Assembly (NCBI GenBank): GCA_964606065.1
Contig: CAZSEX010000001.1
Span: 959-64,958, forward strand
From: an uncultured bacterium
Lineage (GTDB): Bacteria > Hydrothermota > UBA3072
Length of the DNA: 64,000 nucleotides
Reading direction: 5' to 3'
This document shows, one piece after another, positions 9,385 to 20,559 of this stretch. Numbering within the stretch: position 1 is the stretch's first letter; every line of letters starts with the position of its first letter. The notes under the pieces were generated by a model. The model was given only the letters and a program-made list of their open reading frames with translations. It was not told the DNA's origin and did no database searches. The position numbers were made by a program, and so were the translations under genes.

Positions 9385-11289
9385 CTAACGATATTTCTCC
9401 CAATATCTGACTTCGGCGGGTTTTGCTGGAAGAGGGAGGTCTTTTTCTATCGCTTCTTTTAGCTTTTTATCGGCTTTTTCATCATACCACCAGTATCTGA
9501 TACAAGAAAGTTGCCAGTAGGAAGAGCCTTCGAAACGCCCCAGAACAAATTCGGGCATTCCAAACTTATTCCAGTACAGGATTCTTACGTTGTCGGAAAC
9601 CCAAAACATAGCCATCATGTACTCTGATGCCAATATTGAATCTAACTCCTGCAAAAGGTTTATTCTGTTTTTTATTTCGAATTCCTTGCTGTATTCTTCG
9701 CATATCTGGTCAGCTCTTTTGTTTTTTAACCCCCAAATATTATTGGTATTTTTCTTATCCGCATATTTAGAATGGTATGAGGATTCGGGCTCAGGAAACA
9801 AGGTACGAGTAAAAGCAATACTCAGAATTCTAAAGTCATGATTGTGCAGACTTCTCAAATGAGTAGCCCATGTTACTTTTTTGATACTAAGTTTAATTCC
9901 TATTCTTTTCAGATCTTCCTGATATATAGTTTCTATTCTTGTATCACCATCATAGTCATTAAGCTCCAGTTCCAAAACTTCTCCGTTTTTTTCTATATAT
10001 CCTTCTTCGTTTAAGTTTTTTTGTGAATAACCCGTTTCTTCGAGCAATCTTATCGCTTCGTCGGGATTATATCGAATCTTTACATTGTTTTTGTTTTCAT
10101 AAGGAGAATTGGGATAATAAGAATCCATATAATCATATTCATTAAAGAACAACTTTTCCATCATTTCCTTTCTGTTTAGCATATGGTAAAACGCTTTTCT
10201 CACTCCCTTATCATCAAAAGGAGGTTTTCTCATGTTAAAATGATAACCGGAAATGCTGACAGGCGAATCGTCATATACTTTTTGTTTAATAATGTGATTG
10301 TTTTTTATTGCGTCTATATTTTCTGGGGTAAAATCCTTTACCCACTTTTTAGCGACTCTTACATAAATTACATCGATATCACCTTTTTTAAACTTTTCGT
10401 CCATTATTGTTTCTTCGGTATAGAATACAAATTTAAGGAAATCAAAATTAAATAAGCCTCTACTGTCTTCGATGTTTTTTCTCCACCAGAAATCGTTCCT
10501 TTTTAAGGTGACAAACTGATTTACTTCGGCTTTTTCAAACACATATGGTCCCGAACCAATCATTGCTTTATCGTTATAATCAGACATATACTTTTCAACA
10601 GAAATTCCTCTTAAGGTTTTTTCTGGGAGTACAAACAAATTTAGGCTGAGATCTAAAAATCTCCGCCATTCGAGAGTTTTGGGCTTTACCATGAGTACAT
10701 TCTTTGATAACGCTACCGGTTGCTCATACTTGGCCCATAAATCATTTTGGAAGGGATCACGAATGCCTTCGTCTATTAAAAGGTCCCAGGTTGCAACCAC
10801 GTCAAAAGTTGTTACCGGTGAACCATCGCTCCATTGCGCTTCGCTGTTTATGTGATAAAAATAAATTCTTTTATCTTTACTGACAAACCATTTATCGGCG
10901 AGTAAAGGTTTATATTCCAGAGTAAGAGGATCCAGGTCCAGAAGCGTTTCATATAGCAAGCTTTGTAAAATAGAATTAAAAACATAACTGGAATTCTCTC
11001 CGACAGTTCTTAAAGTGGCAGGATATCCTATTTCTCCTATGATTAATGTTCCTCCCTTTTGCGCCTCTTTACTGCCGAGAATCGAAGGGCTTTTGTTCGT
11101 TTCCCATTCGATCGATTCTATAATACTATCGACCTGTTCTTCGGTCAGGTTTTTCGGTCCGTATTTTTCCATTAATTCTTCTTCGTTCGCTATTTCTATT
11201 GGGGTTTCCTTCACCCTCTCTTCCTGTTCACAGCAAGAAATGGTAAAGATAAGAGAAATCAATAAGAAACATAAAAGGAATTTATTCAT
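9385..11289 (-). CDS. ABC transporter substrate-binding lipoprotein, family 5 (OppA-like), paralog 2.
   Basis: Signal peptide with lipobox (FTISCCEQ), and collinear similarity to the 5979-7931 protein. Confidence 0.8.
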   Translation of the reverse strand: MNKFLLCFLLISLIFTISCCEQEERVKETPIEIANEEELMEKYGPKNLTEEQVDSIIESIEWETNKSPSILGSKEAQKGGTLIIGEIGYPATLRTVGENSSYVFNSILQSLLYETLLDLDPLTLEYKPLLADKWFVSKDKRIYFYHINSEAQWSDGSPVTTFDVVATWDLLIDEGIRDPFQNDLWAKYEQPVALSKNVLMVKPKTLEWRRFLDLSLNLFVLPEKTLRGISVEKYMSDYNDKAMIGSGPYVFEKAEVNQFVTLKRNDFWWRKNIEDSRGLFNFDFLKFVFYTEETIMDEKFKKGDIDVIYVRVAKKWVKDFTPENIDAIKNNHIIKQKVYDDSPVSISGYHFNMRKPPFDDKGVRKAFYHMLNRKEMMEKLFFNEYDYMDSYYPNSPYENKNNVKIRYNPDEAIRLLEETGYSQKNLNEEGYIEKNGEVLELELNDYDGDTRIETIYQEDLKRIGIKLSIKKVTWATHLRSLHNHDFRILSIAFTRTLFPEPESSYHSKYADKKNTNNIWGLKNKRADQICEEYSKEFEIKNRINLLQELDSILASEYMMAMFWVSDNVRILYWNKFGMPEFVLGRFEGSSYWQLSCIRYWWYDEKADKKLKEAIEKDLPLPAKPAEVRYWEKYR

Positions 11290-11449
11290 TTTTTACCTCC
11301 CTGTATTTAATTGTAGAGAAGCGGAGAATATTGGCTAACATATCTCCGCTTTAGGTTTACCGCTGAACTAAAAAAAAGCTTGTATAAAGACAAAAAGTTT
11401 GTTTTTTTCTCTGTGTTCTCTGTATCTCCGTGTAATAAATTAAAAAGGA

Positions 11450-12373
11450 TCAATCGTAAACGAAAGTCAGCCAATTATGTCGGTCTTCTTTTTCGCCTCT
11501 CAGGATGCCGAAAAATTCATCCTGGAGTTTTTTGGTAATCGGTCCTCTTTTGCCGTCTCCGACTTCTATGTTATCGACTTTCGTGACGGGCGTTATTTCT
11601 GCCGCGGTTCCCGTAAAAAATACCTCATCCGCGATATATAAGGCTTCCCTCGGAATGAGATGTTTTTCAATTCTAAGATTAAGATCTCTTGCGAGCGCAA
11701 AAATACTGTGACGTGTTACTCCCGGTAGTATCGCAGCGTTGGAGGGGGGTGTGTATATAACGTTGTTTCTGACAACAAAGATATTTTCCCCTGACCCTTC
11801 GCAAACATATCCAAATGAATCGAGAGCGATACCCTCGTCGAACCCGTTCATTAACGATTCCATTTTTATCAACTGAGAGTTCAGGTAGTTTCCACCTGCT
11901 TTAGCCATAAAAGGCATAGTATTCGGAGCGAAGCGGTTCCAGGAGGAAACCTGAACGGATATTCCGTTTTCCAGAACTCCTTCACCGAGATACGCCCCCC
12001 ATTCCCAGACGGCTATCGCGCAGTTGACGGGGTTCTTTAAAGGATTCACCCCCATTGCTCCGTAACCTCTGAAAGCAAATGGTCTTATGTAGCATTCTTT
12101 AAGCTCGTTTATTCTGATAGTCTCGATAATGGCTTTTCCGAATTCCTCTTTAGTGTAAGGAATTTCCATTCGATACACTTTCGCGGAATCATAGAATCTT
12201 TTAATGTGATCGTCATTTCGAAAAATGGCAGGACCTTTCTTCGTGTTGTAACATCTGGTTCCCTCGAAGATGCTCGAACCATAATGAATAACGTGAGAGA
12301 GAACGTGAATTTTCGCGTCCTTCCAATCGACGAATTTGCCATCGAACCATATTTTCCCTTTACCGAAACTCAT
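11450..12373 (-). CDS. ilvE: Branched-chain amino acid aminotransferase.
   Basis: N-terminus [35 protein letters not shown] is the classic IlvE (class IV PLP fold) start. The length of 307 aa also fits. Confidence 0.85.
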   Translation of the reverse strand: MSFGKGKIWFDGKFVDWKDAKIHVLSHVIHYGSSIFEGTRCYNTKKGPAIFRNDDHIKRFYDSAKVYRMEIPYTKEEFGKAIIETIRINELKECYIRPFAFRGYGAMGVNPLKNPVNCAIAVWEWGAYLGEGVLENGISVQVSSWNRFAPNTMPFMAKAGGNYLNSQLIKMESLMNGFDEGIALDSFGYVCEGSGENIFVVRNNVIYTPPSNAAILPGVTRHSIFALARDLNLRIEKHLIPREALYIADEVFFTGTAAEITPVTKVDNIEVGDGKRGPITKKLQDEFFGILRGEKEDRHNWLTFVYD

Positions 12374-12736
12374 AAGACCCTCCTCGGACTCATATTATTA
12401 ATAATTTAAGTTTATCCGTGTAATTCTAATAAAAAAAATCCAAAAATCAACCCACATTGAGGATAAAACCACAGATTACACAGATTGCCACAGGATTTTT
12501 AAAAAATTGTCAAACACGGAGAGAGTGAAAAATTTACAAAGAATCCGAGGCACACTCTAATTACTTCTCTGTGCTTTGGGAAAAATACAAAAAATTCTGG
12601 GGATGTGGTCGGGTTTTGTGTTCTCTGTGTGCTCTGTGGTAAAAAGTGGGTGGTGGGAAGGGCAGTCGGAACTTGACAGGATTTTTTCTCTTTATACTTT
12701 ATTATAAATGTTTTGATTGAATTTTTAGGAGGATAA

Positions 12737-14254
12737 ATGCCTTTTAGATTAAAGGACACACTTACAGAAAAAGATAGAGAAAAAGGGCTCAGGGCGATGA
12801 TGAACGATGGGCTCGCCACTCAGGCGATGGTTATTTTTACCGGAGGGGCTTTTCTTGTGGCTTTCGCTCTTAAACTCGGAGCCTCCAATACTGTAATAGG
12901 TCTTTTAGCCGCCATCCCCCCTTTGCTCCAGCTTCTCCAGATCCCGGCGGTCTATTTAGTGGAAAAAGTCAAAAATAGGAGAGCGATAACCGTTTACGCA
13001 TCTGTTTTAAGCCGGGTTTTCTTCCTCCTTATCACCTTGATTCCGTTTCTTTTCGGGTATAAAGCCGGTTTGACTTTTCTTGCGGTGTTCCTTGTTTTTA
13101 ACTCGGCTTTCAGCGCCATTTCCGCAGCCAGCTGGAATTCATGGATTAGAGATATCGTTCCTCAGAAAATACTGGGTTCGTATTTTTCCTCCCGGATGAG
13201 AGCGGCTACCGCTCTTGGAATTTTTCTAAGCCTGGCAGGTGCCTTATATATAGATTTGTGGAAGACTAACTTCGGAGAAGTCGAGATTTACGGATATTCG
13301 ATTTTGTTTTTCCTGGGTTTTATAGCGGGCATGATTGGCGTGTATTTTCTTGCCGTTTCTCCCGAGCCTAAAATGGAAATGTCGGAAGCAGCCGATAGTT
13401 TTCTAAAAAGGATAATTAAACCCTTTAAAGATTTGAATTTTAGAAATTTACTCGTCTTTTCGGGAGCGTGGAGCTTCGCGGTGAGTCTTGCCGCGCCTTT
13501 TTTCACCGTTTATATGCTTAAACGACTGGAGTTGAACATGTCTTTTGTCATCGGGCTTTCCGTGTTGAGTCAGATAATGAATTTTCTTTTCTTTAGAGTC
13601 TGGGGAAGATTTTCGGACAGAATCGGCAATAAAGCGGTATTGGGTTTGAATTGTCCTCTTTTTATTTTTTCTATACTCGGATGGACTTTCACGACTTTGC
13701 CTGAAAAATATTTTTTAACCATTCCTCTTTTAGTAATCATACATATAGTTATGGGGATTTCTCTGGCTGGAGTAAATCTTGCTTCCGGTAATCTTGGATT
13801 TAAACTCGCTCCCAGAGGCGAGGCTACAGCCTATCTTGCGGCAAGAAATATTATATTTTTTATCGCCGCCGGTATCGGCCCTCTTTTAGGCGGAATGTTT
13901 GCCGATTTTTTCGCGGAAAGGGAGCTTTCGTGGACACTGCTCTGGAAAAGTCCGGCTGGGGAATTTGTTCTTCCGACTTTGAATCTGCAGCAATGGGATT
14001 TTTTCTTCATGTTTTCTTTTGTAATCGGGCTCTATTCCATACATAAATTAGCTTCAGTACGAGAAACGGGTAAGATAAAAGATAGAGTGGAATTAGGCGA
14101 ATTTCTATTCGAAACAAGAAGAGAGGTTAGAAGTCTTTCCACCGCAGGAGGTATGAGGAACATGCTTGCTTTCCCCTTTGTGGTAAGCAAAAAGATAAAA
14201 AAGAAAGTTAAAAAGAAGGTAAGAAAAGTTAAGAGCAAACGTAGAAAGAAATAG
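12737..14254 (+). CDS. Major facilitator superfamily transporter with a highly basic Lys-rich C-terminal tail.
   Basis: About 12 TM helices, and a tail of KKIKKKVKKKVRKVKSKRRKK. Confidence 0.6.
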   Translation: MPFRLKDTLTEKDREKGLRAMMNDGLATQAMVIFTGGAFLVAFALKLGASNTVIGLLAAIPPLLQLLQIPAVYLVEKVKNRRAITVYASVLSRVFFLLITLIPFLFGYKAGLTFLAVFLVFNSAFSAISAASWNSWIRDIVPQKILGSYFSSRMRAATALGIFLSLAGALYIDLWKTNFGEVEIYGYSILFFLGFIAGMIGVYFLAVSPEPKMEMSEAADSFLKRIIKPFKDLNFRNLLVFSGAWSFAVSLAAPFFTVYMLKRLELNMSFVIGLSVLSQIMNFLFFRVWGRFSDRIGNKAVLGLNCPLFIFSILGWTFTTLPEKYFLTIPLLVIIHIVMGISLAGVNLASGNLGFKLAPRGEATAYLAARNIIFFIAAGIGPLLGGMFADFFAERELSWTLLWKSPAGEFVLPTLNLQQWDFFFMFSFVIGLYSIHKLASVRETGKIKDRVELGEFLFETRREVRSLSTAGGMRNMLAFPFVVSKKIKKKVKKKVRKVKSKRRKK

Positions 14255-14796
14255 TCGAAAGAACAAAACTCGACGACGGAAGACATTTTGAACCATTCAG
14301 AAGAATAAATGTTTACGCTAAAAAATAAACAAATTTAACCATAGAACATACATAGAATTTTTATTATTTAAAACCCGACCCTCCATACCAAATTTGTCTC
14401 ACACAGAATTCCCCAGATGAACACTGATTTTTACTTTAGGAGCGGGCTCTCAGCCGAAAAAAAACAACAAATCAAACTCCAACAGAGTCATCCTTCCCTA
14501 CGGAGCTTGCCCAATGAAATAGTGATTTTCCCAGGATATTCACCTATTCCATAGAGCAAGCAAATAGCACAAATAATTTCTATTCTCCTTCCTGATTTTT
14601 AAATTTACTAATCTTCTAACCCTTTATCCGACTTTTTACGTGTAGAAAATGCAGGGATTATAGTTTGTTTGAATGGTGGCTGGTTTCGGTACCGGTAAAT
14701 ACCCTTGACTTAATGGCAAATATCGCTAATTTTTTTGTATGTATCCCATATTTTCGTGCCACGGCACCGCGAAAATTCTTAAAGAGAGGGGAAGAA

Positions 14797-17700
14797 ATGT
14801 TTCTACTGGCAAGAAGAAGACTAAATAGCTACTCGATCCCGGAAACAGTAATTACCGACATTGGGAATCATCTTCGATTTATTTCATATAAATTCGTGTT
14901 TTTGGCGGTATTATCTTCGTTTTCTCTAAATGCGAATGAGTTTCCCGTTCGGTTTCGACTAAAGCCTGATGATGAGTGCTCCCCATTACATTGGGAGAAA
15001 AAATTTTTTTTCGAGAAATTTCCAGTCGAACAGAAGATAAAAGGTGGTCAATGGGAAAAAGTCTACGGTTTACGAAAGAAAGTAAAAGTGGGTTTAACGC
15101 TTGGCGGAGGGATAGTAAGAAGTGTCGCGCATATCGGTGTTTTAAGGGCACTTGAAGAAAATTATATTCCGATAGATGGCATCTCGGGTACTAGTATGGG
15201 AGCGGTAATCGGCGGTTTATACGCAAGCGGGCACCATCCAGATTCTTTAGAGTTCATTGTAAAAAAAGATATCGATTGGGAAACATTCTTTCAAGACCAG
15301 CAAATCAGAAATGATATACCAATCTGGGAACGGATAAGGAATAAGCCGCGATCTCCGGCTTTGGAAGTCGACCTGTCCCGGGACTTTCCTTTTATTTTCT
15401 ACAAGCTCGGCGCGGGAATAAGAGTCGCTCAGAAATATACCGATGAGATAGCAGATAAAACATTACATGCAGATTATAGAGCAGGTTTTGATTTTTCTAA
15501 ATTAAGGTATCCGTTCGGAGCTATACTTACAAATTTAAGCAGCGGAACATCGACATTAAAAATAAACGGAGCTCTTTCTACCGCTCTCAGGGCGAGTGGT
15601 TCTTTCCCCATCGCTTTCGAACCGATGATCATAGATAATATCCAGTATGTCGACGGAGGAATTCTTGACAACTTGCCTGTCGATGCTTTTCTACCGGAAT
15701 TTGATTCTTTGAGAAAACCTGACACCATTATGAATATATATGATAAAAATAAAGGTGAAGATATATTTGTGATTGCTTCTTACCCTTCAAAATTGACCTG
15801 CTCTGGAGAGAATCCGATAGAAACCGGGGAAGCGATATCCGGATCGGTCGGTATTGGTATTATGATGAAAACTTACTCTCTGGCAAGGGAATTTCATGTG
15901 TGGAATAGCTGGAGAAATGCTGACGGCAAAATCGATATAGATGTGAAAGGCGGTTTCGATTTCAAAGAAGATAAACTGAAAGAACTGATTCAAGCAGGTT
16001 ACGATGAAGCTAAGAATCAAATATACAGTATAAAAAAAAGAATATCAGCCAAGGAAGACAGTATAGACGGTCTCGATATATCGAGAGAGGTTTTCAAGGT
16101 TGTTTCAATAAATATCTTTCAGATAAAAAACGACGACACCCTGAAGATCGAAAGGGGCGGAATTATAAAAAGAGCGATTAAATTAAAAGTCGGCAGTTAT
16201 ATCGAGAAAAATGATATATGTTATGTGCTGAGAAATATTTATAATACAGGAAAATATAAAAATGTTGAGGCGCGAATAGATAAAAATTCCGAAGGGTTAT
16301 CAATCGAATTCTTATTAACGAAAAAGAATGAATATCTGAAGCCTTTTGATGTTAGAATGATTATGGGAGGCAACGATTATGATGATTCTCTTGTTGCCGG
16401 AGAAGTACACGATCGTATAAAAAGAGAGAAAAGAAAATTGAGTTTCTATGAAATAAAAGAACTTGTCGAAGAGAAATATGTGGCAAGAGGTTATATTGCG
16501 CCTTCCGTTGAAGAAGCTTCATTTTCCTCTATTGATAACAAAGATATTCTCTTCATTCACGGTAACAGGGGCATACACCTTGAAGGAGTTAAGATTTTGC
16601 ATGAAGATAAAAGAATGCGTAAAGCGATACAGCAGGAGTTCAAAATGCCGTTGTCTCCGGAAGAGATATTAAAGAAAAGCAGAGAGGTATACAGAGAATA
16701 TCAACTTAAAACAATTTCCATTGAAGGCTTAAAAAAAGATTCGCTAATAATTAGAGTCAGGTCAAAAACCGGTCACAGTTTAGAATTTCCGGTTTTTTCC
16801 CTTGAAAAAGACCAGGGACTCAATTTGTCTGCCGAATTGCGCACAAAGCGAATCAGAGGGTTCGGAGGCCGTTCTTTTTATGTAACTTTTTCTCAGAATT
16901 ATCCGCTGAAAATGGCTCAAGAGCTGGTTCGAGGATATAGTTATAATATTGGCTTCAACAAATGTTCCACACTACGTTTTTCTTTGTGGTCATTAGTGCC
17001 CGATTTGTCTCTTGGTAACAGGAAATCAATCTCTCCGGGTTCCGATAATTCGAATATTTACAATACGAGATACGATGAACTTGGTTCTGTAAGCTTATCC
17101 TATCCTTTTTACAGCAAGGATTTTGCTCTTAGTTTTGGCGTGGAATCCTATTACAGGGCGTATCTCGATAATTCTTTGCTTCCGCGTCCTATCATCGGGT
17201 TTTGCAATATACATTTTGATAACCTCGACCGATTCGTTTTTCCTTCCTCGGGGATAAGGATTAGTTTTGAAACCGCCGCCGATTTAGAGGAAAAATCATG
17301 GAAAAAAGCAAAGATAAAAGGGATTTTTCCAAAAAGATTTAGATTATATAATCGGCTTAAGACTGTACTTTCCGGCGAGATATATTTGAGCGGGTGCAGC
17401 CAAACTACTCCCTCTACGCAGAGATACAGTATGGGAGGCATTACTCCCATCGGAAGCCACCAGCTAAAAATATACGACTCTGAAGATCTCCCGGGTTACA
17501 GACAGGATGAGTTCATTGAGCCATATTTGTTTAAAATTGGCGGTTCCGCGAGATTGACTCTTGTCGAGATGCAGGTTCTGGGAGTAAAAACAGATTTACA
17601 CTTTATTGGCTCTTTATATTTAGGGAGGGTATCGGATTCTTTTTCCACTCTTTTTGACGAAAATTCAAGATTCCTTTCACTTTCTACAGGGTTTTTCCTG

Positions 17701-17802
17701 GATACAAGTTTCTTAAATTTTGGAATTGGCTGGGAAAACAGTTTCCGGGATTTTTTACACGATATTTACGCTTCAGTGGTTCTCTACGGGCTCGGGTTTT
17801 AA
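14797..17802 (+). CDS. Patatin-like phospholipase fused to a POTRA/Omp85-like C-terminal beta-barrel (a type Vd / PlpD-like architecture). The start is moved to the ATG at 14797, which has its own RBS.
   Basis: Patatin motifs are present: GGGIVRS (oxyanion hole), GTSMG (G-x-S-x-G nucleophile) and VDGGILDN (catalytic Asp). The C-terminal ~450 aa show alternating amphipathic beta-strands ending in LYGLGF. RBS agagggg lies before the ATG at 14797. Confidence 0.75.
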   Translation: MFLLARRRLNSYSIPETVITDIGNHLRFISYKFVFLAVLSSFSLNANEFPVRFRLKPDDECSPLHWEKKFFFEKFPVEQKIKGGQWEKVYGLRKKVKVGLTLGGGIVRSVAHIGVLRALEENYIPIDGISGTSMGAVIGGLYASGHHPDSLEFIVKKDIDWETFFQDQQIRNDIPIWERIRNKPRSPALEVDLSRDFPFIFYKLGAGIRVAQKYTDEIADKTLHADYRAGFDFSKLRYPFGAILTNLSSGTSTLKINGALSTALRASGSFPIAFEPMIIDNIQYVDGGILDNLPVDAFLPEFDSLRKPDTIMNIYDKNKGEDIFVIASYPSKLTCSGENPIETGEAISGSVGIGIMMKTYSLAREFHVWNSWRNADGKIDIDVKGGFDFKEDKLKELIQAGYDEAKNQIYSIKKRISAKEDSIDGLDISREVFKVVSINIFQIKNDDTLKIERGGIIKRAIKLKVGSYIEKNDICYVLRNIYNTGKYKNVEARIDKNSEGLSIEFLLTKKNEYLKPFDVRMIMGGNDYDDSLVAGEVHDRIKREKRKLSFYEIKELVEEKYVARGYIAPSVEEASFSSIDNKDILFIHGNRGIHLEGVKILHEDKRMRKAIQQEFKMPLSPEEILKKSREVYREYQLKTISIEGLKKDSLIIRVRSKTGHSLEFPVFSLEKDQGLNLSAELRTKRIRGFGGRSFYVTFSQNYPLKMAQELVRGYSYNIGFNKCSTLRFSLWSLVPDLSLGNRKSISPGSDNSNIYNTRYDELGSVSLSYPFYSKDFALSFGVESYYRAYLDNSLLPRPIIGFCNIHFDNLDRFVFPSSGIRISFETAADLEEKSWKKAKIKGIFPKRFRLYNRLKTVLSGEIYLSGCSQTTPSTQRYSMGGITPIGSHQLKIYDSEDLPGYRQDEFIEPYLFKIGGSARLTLVEMQVLGVKTDLHFIGSLYLGRVSDSFSTLFDENSRFLSLSTGFFLDTSFLNFGIGWENSFRDFLHDIYASVVLYGLGF

Positions 17803-17978
17803 AAACCGCTGAGTACCACCCATAACCACCGAGCATCTAATTGCAAATCGCAAATAAATACAAAGAAGTCACCTACTACGCAAATTTTCACGAGATTCTT
17901 TTGTTATTCTTAATTACCGTAAACGGAAAGCTTTTTTTCACATGTAGGTATTGTAGTTTTTTGACCTCAACACCTGGC

Positions 17979-20084
17979 TTATTCTTCCTTTAAACTTTCA
18001 TCTCCACTTAAATCTTTAATCATATTTTTGAATTGTGCTGGAGGATCTATGCGCTCAGGCGGTAAAAATCCTGTCAATTTCTGTATTGTTTCGACACACG
18101 CAGTCTTATTCCCGCTCATTTCTTCCTCACGCGCGAGCTGAATAAAAGCCCAATATAATGTATTTGTTGCCGTTCTATCCTGATTTTTAAGCTGAATAGA
18201 TGTGTCTGCATAACCTTGATAATTATATTCTGAAAACAGGTTTTTCCTTAGAATACCTTTGTTTATCGGAACCGAATCCACGGGAATCAATTGCCCTACT
18301 AAACCTTCAAAACGAAAATAAGGTCTTGCCCAAAAACCTATCGAGGGAAATAGACCGGAAAAATAAATCGGTCGTTTCCATCTGTTTTCTTCTATTATTC
18401 GCAATAACAACTGGTGGTTAGGAGGCAAATATTGATATTCAGTCGAAGAAGGAATATATAAATTAATAGAATCCGCTAATCTAAAATCTTCCGGCAATTG
18501 AAATAATTCCTTTTCGGCATCTATCGGAACAACAATATTCTTTTCTTCCCAGGGAATAACGCGAAGTTGCGAAATTGTATCAATACTCATAGATAAAGGA
18601 AAGTTGGAATCCTGAGACAGAATTTGAGACATATACCAGGAAGCGTTCATCAGTTGAAAATTGCAAATGGTCACGTCCGGTCTAACTCCCTCAACTTTTT
18701 GCAAATACCACAGAGGATATGTATCGTTATCTCCAAAGGTTAAGATAATCGCATTGGAAGAAAGGCTGTTAAATATATTTTTTCCATAGTTTACAGTAAA
18801 ATATCTTTTGTGCCCATCGCATTTTCTAAAATTATTAGTAACCTGACTGATTGGAGTGATCAATAAAAGAACGCCAGCAATCCCGACGTATAAATATCTA
18901 AATTTACCAATAACCTTCCAAATGGTGAGACAAATATATCCGGCTCCGTATCCCATCAGCAAGGCAAATATTACAAAGGACGGAAGATAATGTCTGTGCA
19001 TTGGACGGAAAAAATTAAGTGGTATGTTGAAGTAAATAACAGCACCCATACTGCTCAGAAAAAACAATGTAAGTAAACTCAAAGCAAATTTCCGATTTTT
19101 CTTCCATATAAATATTAAACCAGATAAGCCTAATAATCCTGGAAAAAGTCCGAGAAATCCTAATTTCTTATGGAAGGAAAAAAAGCTTTTGCTAAAAGCA
19201 GTTAAGTAGTCAACAACCTGATAGCTCCAGAACGGTGCTTTTCTTGGATATAAATTTATTAAAAACTTTCCGCCATATTTTCCACTATATTGTTTGAGAG
19301 AAATATAGTCCCAGAAACGTGAAACGGAACTCGGGTTTCCCGCATTAATTGAAGGTTGCCTGGCAGCAATAGGAATTAATAACAAATGGACTGCCAGTCC
19401 CGCAAGAATACCTAAAGAACCATATAACCAGTTTTTCTTCGATGAAAATGCTTTAGGATGTCGTAAGTAAATCCAAACGAATAATCCAGGTAACATTAAC
19501 AAATTCGTTCGGTGAACACTAAAATCTAATCCAAAAAGTAGAGCGATTAAAAAAAGCCATTTATACGCGTCCTGCTGATCTGCCCTATCCCACCATTTTA
19601 TCATTGCCCAGAGAATTAGAGCAGTAAATAGCGCTGTTAATATATATGGCGTAAATTTCGTCGCATGTAACCATAATGTTTCGCTGAAGGCAAAAATCAA
19701 GCACGAAAAAAGAATAGCTGCTACGGAAACAATAAAGATCGATTGATTTTCATTTGATATATCTGTTGTGAAATTTTTATCAATTAATTTTGTAGCAAGA
19801 TAACCGATTATTACTACAGTAAATGCTGCCATTAAACCGGCGAAAAGGTTCAGAGAGAATACCTTTGATATACCAACTGGTAGTTTGCTAACTATCCATC
19901 CAAGCAGAACCAACAGAAGCGATCCCGGTGGATGCGGAACACCGAGAGTTACTGCAGCAGTAGTATATTCACTGGAATCCCACCAGGTAATAGTTCGAAA
20001 CGCGGTTAAAGAATATATTAAAAAAGATACAAAAGCTAAAAAAATCAAAGCAGATAAAATAATTCTTGTTTTGAAATTTTTCAT
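17979..20084 (-). CDS. DUF2723-like polytopic membrane protein (putative glycosyltransferase of the PMT/ArnT-like fold) with a C-terminal TPR-like tail.
   Basis: N-terminal region TITWWDSSEYTTAAVTLGVPHPPGS is a DUF2723 hallmark. It has more than 10 TM helices. Confidence 0.55.
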   Translation of the reverse strand: MKNFKTRIILSALIFLAFVSFLIYSLTAFRTITWWDSSEYTTAAVTLGVPHPPGSLLLVLLGWIVSKLPVGISKVFSLNLFAGLMAAFTVVIIGYLATKLIDKNFTTDISNENQSIFIVSVAAILFSCLIFAFSETLWLHATKFTPYILTALFTALILWAMIKWWDRADQQDAYKWLFLIALLFGLDFSVHRTNLLMLPGLFVWIYLRHPKAFSSKKNWLYGSLGILAGLAVHLLLIPIAARQPSINAGNPSSVSRFWDYISLKQYSGKYGGKFLINLYPRKAPFWSYQVVDYLTAFSKSFFSFHKKLGFLGLFPGLLGLSGLIFIWKKNRKFALSLLTLFFLSSMGAVIYFNIPLNFFRPMHRHYLPSFVIFALLMGYGAGYICLTIWKVIGKFRYLYVGIAGVLLLITPISQVTNNFRKCDGHKRYFTVNYGKNIFNSLSSNAIILTFGDNDTYPLWYLQKVEGVRPDVTICNFQLMNASWYMSQILSQDSNFPLSMSIDTISQLRVIPWEEKNIVVPIDAEKELFQLPEDFRLADSINLYIPSSTEYQYLPPNHQLLLRIIEENRWKRPIYFSGLFPSIGFWARPYFRFEGLVGQLIPVDSVPINKGILRKNLFSEYNYQGYADTSIQLKNQDRTATNTLYWAFIQLAREEEMSGNKTACVETIQKLTGFLPPERIDPPAQFKNMIKDLSGDESLKEE

Positions 20085-20403
20085 ACACCCTCCCTTTCAT
20101 TAAGTTAAAAGTAATTTCTATATTTGTCAATATTGTTTTCCCTTCCCCCACCCTACATTTTCACATGTAGTACCTGTAGGTTTCTTACTAATTTACTGAT
20201 TGACTGATTAACCAATTCACTAACTCACTGATGGGAAGAGTATTCGTCTGCGGTCTTCGGTCAATTTTATTAATGGTATATGGTCACTATCATCCGGTAC
20301 CCGGTAAAAAGCCTTGACTTTTTTATTTTTTATTCTAACCATCTAACAAACCAACAAAAGATTGATATTTGGAATTAATCCCTTGATTCATTCAATCAAT
20401 CTT

Positions 20404-20446
20404 TTAATTTAACACTATGATTATATGTTCCTATTTAACTGTTCGG
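20404..20446. repeat. Repeat R2 (core ACACTATGATTATATGTTCCTATTTAACT), copy a, upstream of the 20560 module.
   Basis: The 29-nt core is identical to 23917-23961. Confidence 0.7.
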
Positions 20447-20559
20447 AGATTCGGGTGGTTGAATATGTAAGCGGAAGGGTTGTTGGGGGGTTCTATGGGG
20501 AAAGAGCCAAACACTTGACAAACAAATGCTTTTATAATACAATTGATTAGGTGATTTTT

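Noticed and set aside
12499-12819. A 106-aa minus-strand ORF in the ilvE-MFS intergenic region.
   Set aside because: It lies across the GTG-rich tandem repeats and the MFS start, and is low-complexity with no RBS.
20513-20545. TTGACA ... TATAAT-like hexamers upstream of the 20560 gene.
   Set aside because: The spacer is only about 12-13 nt, which is suboptimal for a sigma70 promoter. It is not called.
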